A stretch of DNA of 64,000 nt from Cyanobacteria bacterium P01_F01_bin.150 (GTDB lineage: Bacteria; Cyanobacteriota; Cyanobacteriia; CAKZMO01), in assembly GCA_039189765.1 (NCBI GenBank), contig JBCCYL010000016.1, forward strand, positions 32,860 to 96,859, in the 5' to 3' direction. The position numbers and the translations under genes are program-made. Below, piece by piece: positions 61,740-64,000 of the stretch. Under the pieces are notes generated by a model, which saw nothing but the letters and a program-made list of their open reading frames with translations, made no database searches and had not been told where the DNA came from. The stretch's first letter is position 1. Each line of letters starts with the position of its first letter.

Positions 61740-62417
61740 ATGAAACTTGATTTACTACATCAGCCAGATAGCGCGATCGCCAAAATTACCATGGCTCCCC
61801 AAGAAGAACTGGTAGCAGAAGCGGGCGCAATGGTGGCCATGAGTCCCTATATGAATGTCAGTACGACCCTACGACAAGGCAAGGGCGGCGGCATTTTAGG
61901 GGGGCTAAAACGGATGGTGGCGGGGGAATCTCTATTCCTTAGCGTATTCCGTTCTGGCAACAGTGATGCTGAACTATTTCTTGCCCCTAAATTAATGGGC
62001 GATATCCTGCCCTATCAGCTCAAGGGAACCGAACTGGTCGTGCAATCCACAGGCTATATGGCCAGTACTCCTCAAGTCGATATCGATTTAGGATTTCAGG
62101 GCTTTAAAAGTTTATTCTCTGGAGAATCCCTCTTTTGGCTGAGTATGAGTGGTTCGGGCGTGGTGCTGTTGAGCGCCTTTGGGGCAATTTATGAAATCGA
62201 TGTGGCAGGTGAATATGTGGTGGATACCGGGCATATTGTGGCCTTTGAAAAGACCCTTGATTTCTCCATCAGTAAAGCAAATCCGAGTTGGATCGGATCG
62301 TTTCTGGGCGGTGAAGGGCTAGTCTGTCGATTTAGAGGTCAGGGTAAAGTATTTTGCCAAACCCATAATCCAGGAGCCTTTGGTCAACTTGTCGGTAGCA
62401 AACTCCCTCCCCGTTAA
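61740..62417 (+). CDS. TIGR00266/AIM24 family protein (2)
   Basis: AEAGAMV, AGESLF, VVDTGHIVAFE, GGEGLV. Confidence 0.9.
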   Translation: MKLDLLHQPDSAIAKITMAPQEELVAEAGAMVAMSPYMNVSTTLRQGKGGGILGGLKRMVAGESLFLSVFRSGNSDAELFLAPKLMGDILPYQLKGTELVVQSTGYMASTPQVDIDLGFQGFKSLFSGESLFWLSMSGSGVVLLSAFGAIYEIDVAGEYVVDTGHIVAFEKTLDFSISKANPSWIGSFLGGEGLVCRFRGQGKVFCQTHNPGAFGQLVGSKLPPR

Positions 62418-62430
62418 GACTCATCTTTAA

Positions 62431-62468
62431 GGTGGGATATGGGGGCGCGAAGCGCCCCCATATCCCAC
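62431..62468. repeat. GC-rich hairpin between AIM24 genes
   Basis: GTGGGATATGGGGGCGC-GAA-GCGCCCCCATATCCCAC. Confidence 0.7.
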
Positions 62469-62507
62469 TAAATTCTTACATGCATTTATACGGAGATACC
62501 AATAGCT

Positions 62508-63215
62508 ATGGCCACAACGCAATACACCATTGAACATAATCCATCCTATGCCCTGCTTAAACTTAGCCTTGGTGCCGAACAAACGGTGATGGTAGAGGCG
62601 GGAGCCATGTCCGCTATGGATAGCTGCATTGAAATGAAGTCTAAGGCTAAAGGTGGCTTGATGGGCGGCTTGGGCCGAATGTTGGGGGGGGAGTCTCTAT
62701 TTATCAGCGAATTTACCGCTAAAGGCAAACCGGGTGATGTGTATGTTTCTCCAGGAGTTCCCGGCGATATTCAACACTACTATCTGGATGGCTCTCGAAA
62801 CCTTATGGTTCAGTCCTCTGGTTTTGTGGCTGCTGACCCAACCGTGACCATTGATACTCAATTCCAGGGATTTAAGGGCTTTTTTAGTGGCGAATCTCTA
62901 TTTTTGCTCAAGGTGACTGGCGAAGGAAACTTTTGGTTTAGTTCCTTTGGCGCAATTTTAGAAATTCCGGTGGACGGAGGCTATGTCGTCGATACAGGTT
63001 ATATTGTGGCCTTTGAAGATACGCTTAGCTATGACGTGGAGCTTATTAGCGGTCTTTCATTTAACGGCCTAAAAACAGGAATTTTGGGAGGCGAAGGCTT
63101 TGTCGCTCGATTTAGCGGCAAGGGTCGCCTGTGGATTCAGTCCCGCAACCTCTATCCGTTTATTAATTTTCTCAATCCCTTCCGCCCGGTGAAAAGTAGC
63201 AATGATAGCGATTAG
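62508..63215 (+). CDS. TIGR00266/AIM24 family protein (3)
   Basis: VEAGAM, GGESLF, VVDTGYIVAFE, GGEGFV...WIQSRN. Confidence 0.9.
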   Translation: MATTQYTIEHNPSYALLKLSLGAEQTVMVEAGAMSAMDSCIEMKSKAKGGLMGGLGRMLGGESLFISEFTAKGKPGDVYVSPGVPGDIQHYYLDGSRNLMVQSSGFVAADPTVTIDTQFQGFKGFFSGESLFLLKVTGEGNFWFSSFGAILEIPVDGGYVVDTGYIVAFEDTLSYDVELISGLSFNGLKTGILGGEGFVARFSGKGRLWIQSRNLYPFINFLNPFRPVKSSNDSD

Positions 63216-63219
63216 CATT

Positions 63220-63277
63220 AGATCCCAGGGTTCTTAAAGAACCCTGGGATCTCGCCCACTAAAGAACCCTGGGATCT
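63220..63277. repeat. Family D palindrome plus extra half copy
   Basis: AGATCCCAGGGTTCTTAAAGAACCCTGGGATCT then TAAAGAACCCTGGGATCT. Confidence 0.75.
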
Positions 63278-63322
63278 GGCCCACCCAAAGTGCTTAAGTT
63301 AGTGCTATCGTTCCCGATTCCT

Positions 63323-64000
63323 ATGTCTATTGAAATACCGTCCGGAGCCGCAGCCTATAGCGACAACAATCCACCGCCCAAAAATCGGCAGTTGTTGGTG
63401 CTGTTTGGTTTATTTCTAGGCACCATTATCCTGATTGTCTGGGGGGTGGGATGGATTGCCAGCAGCGTAGTGTGGCTGATTCCTCCCAGTGTGGAGCAGC
63501 AGTTGGGGCAGGTGATTGTGCCCATTTATGAAGCGCAGGCCCAGCCATCTTCAACCCAAGATCAGTTAAATGCCCTATTGGATCGCTTGGAAACGAATCT
63601 AACGGCGGATATTCACAACGGACGAGATTATCAGGTGCTGTATGTGCCTGAGGACGTGGTAAATGCGATCGCCATCCCCGGTGACCACATCATCATCTAC
63701 GACGGTCTGCTTCAGGAAATGGATTCGGAAAACGAATTGGCAATGGTGCTGGGCCATGAGCTGGGCCATTTTGCCAACCGCGATCATTTACGCGGACTGG
63801 GGCGACAGCTTGCCGTGCGATTAGCGTTAGCTTATGTTTTTGGGGATGTGGGGACGATTGGGGCGATCGCCACCTCCAGCACGTCCATCATTGCCAATGC
63901 CCAGTTTTCCCAACAGCAGGAATACCAAGCAGATGAGGTCGGGCTAACGCTGCTTAACCAGCTTTACGGTCATGCGGCGGGAGCCACCGACTTTTTTCAA
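63323..64000 (+). CDS. M48 family metalloprotease (runs off window end)
   Basis: Not in ORF track; ATG 63323, TM segment, VNAIAIPG, ELAMVLGHELGHF, FSQQQEYQAD in frame. Confidence 0.9.
   Translation, partial: MSIEIPSGAAAYSDNNPPPKNRQLLVLFGLFLGTIILIVWGVGWIASSVVWLIPPSVEQQLGQVIVPIYEAQAQPSSTQDQLNALLDRLETNLTADIHNGRDYQVLYVPEDVVNAIAIPGDHIIIYDGLLQEMDSENELAMVLGHELGHFANRDHLRGLGRQLAVRLALAYVFGDVGTIGAIATSSTSIIANAQFSQQQEYQADEVGLTLLNQLYGHAAGATDFFQ

Overview
Chromosomal window from a filamentous-type cyanobacterium (abundant HIP1 GCGATCGC, phycobilisome genes). The core contains housekeeping genes (ubiD, ycf29/rre1, sigC, nadA/nadB, CP12, smpB, aspS, thf1/psb29, hemF) and a complete Rca chromatic-acclimation locus: rcaE-rcaF-rcaC-pcyA-cpcB2A2 plus three rod linkers, with L-boxes upstream of pcyA and cpcB. 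An accessory region at about 39.5-49 kb holds (i) an integrase-less array of co-oriented small genes (VOC, GNAT, DUF2200, GNAT, UDG-like) separated by attC-like sites, (ii) two copies of a 47-nt double-hairpin element inserted exactly into HIP1 sites, with the matching empty sites visible about 1 kb away, and (iii) a decaying iron island (SIP with Fur box, tehB, broken ICMT and FecCD genes) followed by a class I terpene synthase with non-canonical motifs. Other oddities are a PEP-CTERM metalloprotease homolog lacking all zinc ligands, an isochorismatase-fold gene lacking its catalytic Asp and overlapping a PAS histidine kinase, and several families of short hairpin/TIR dispersed repeats. No rRNA, tRNA or CRISPR array was seen. 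All family assignments come from motif recognition by eye, not from database searches.
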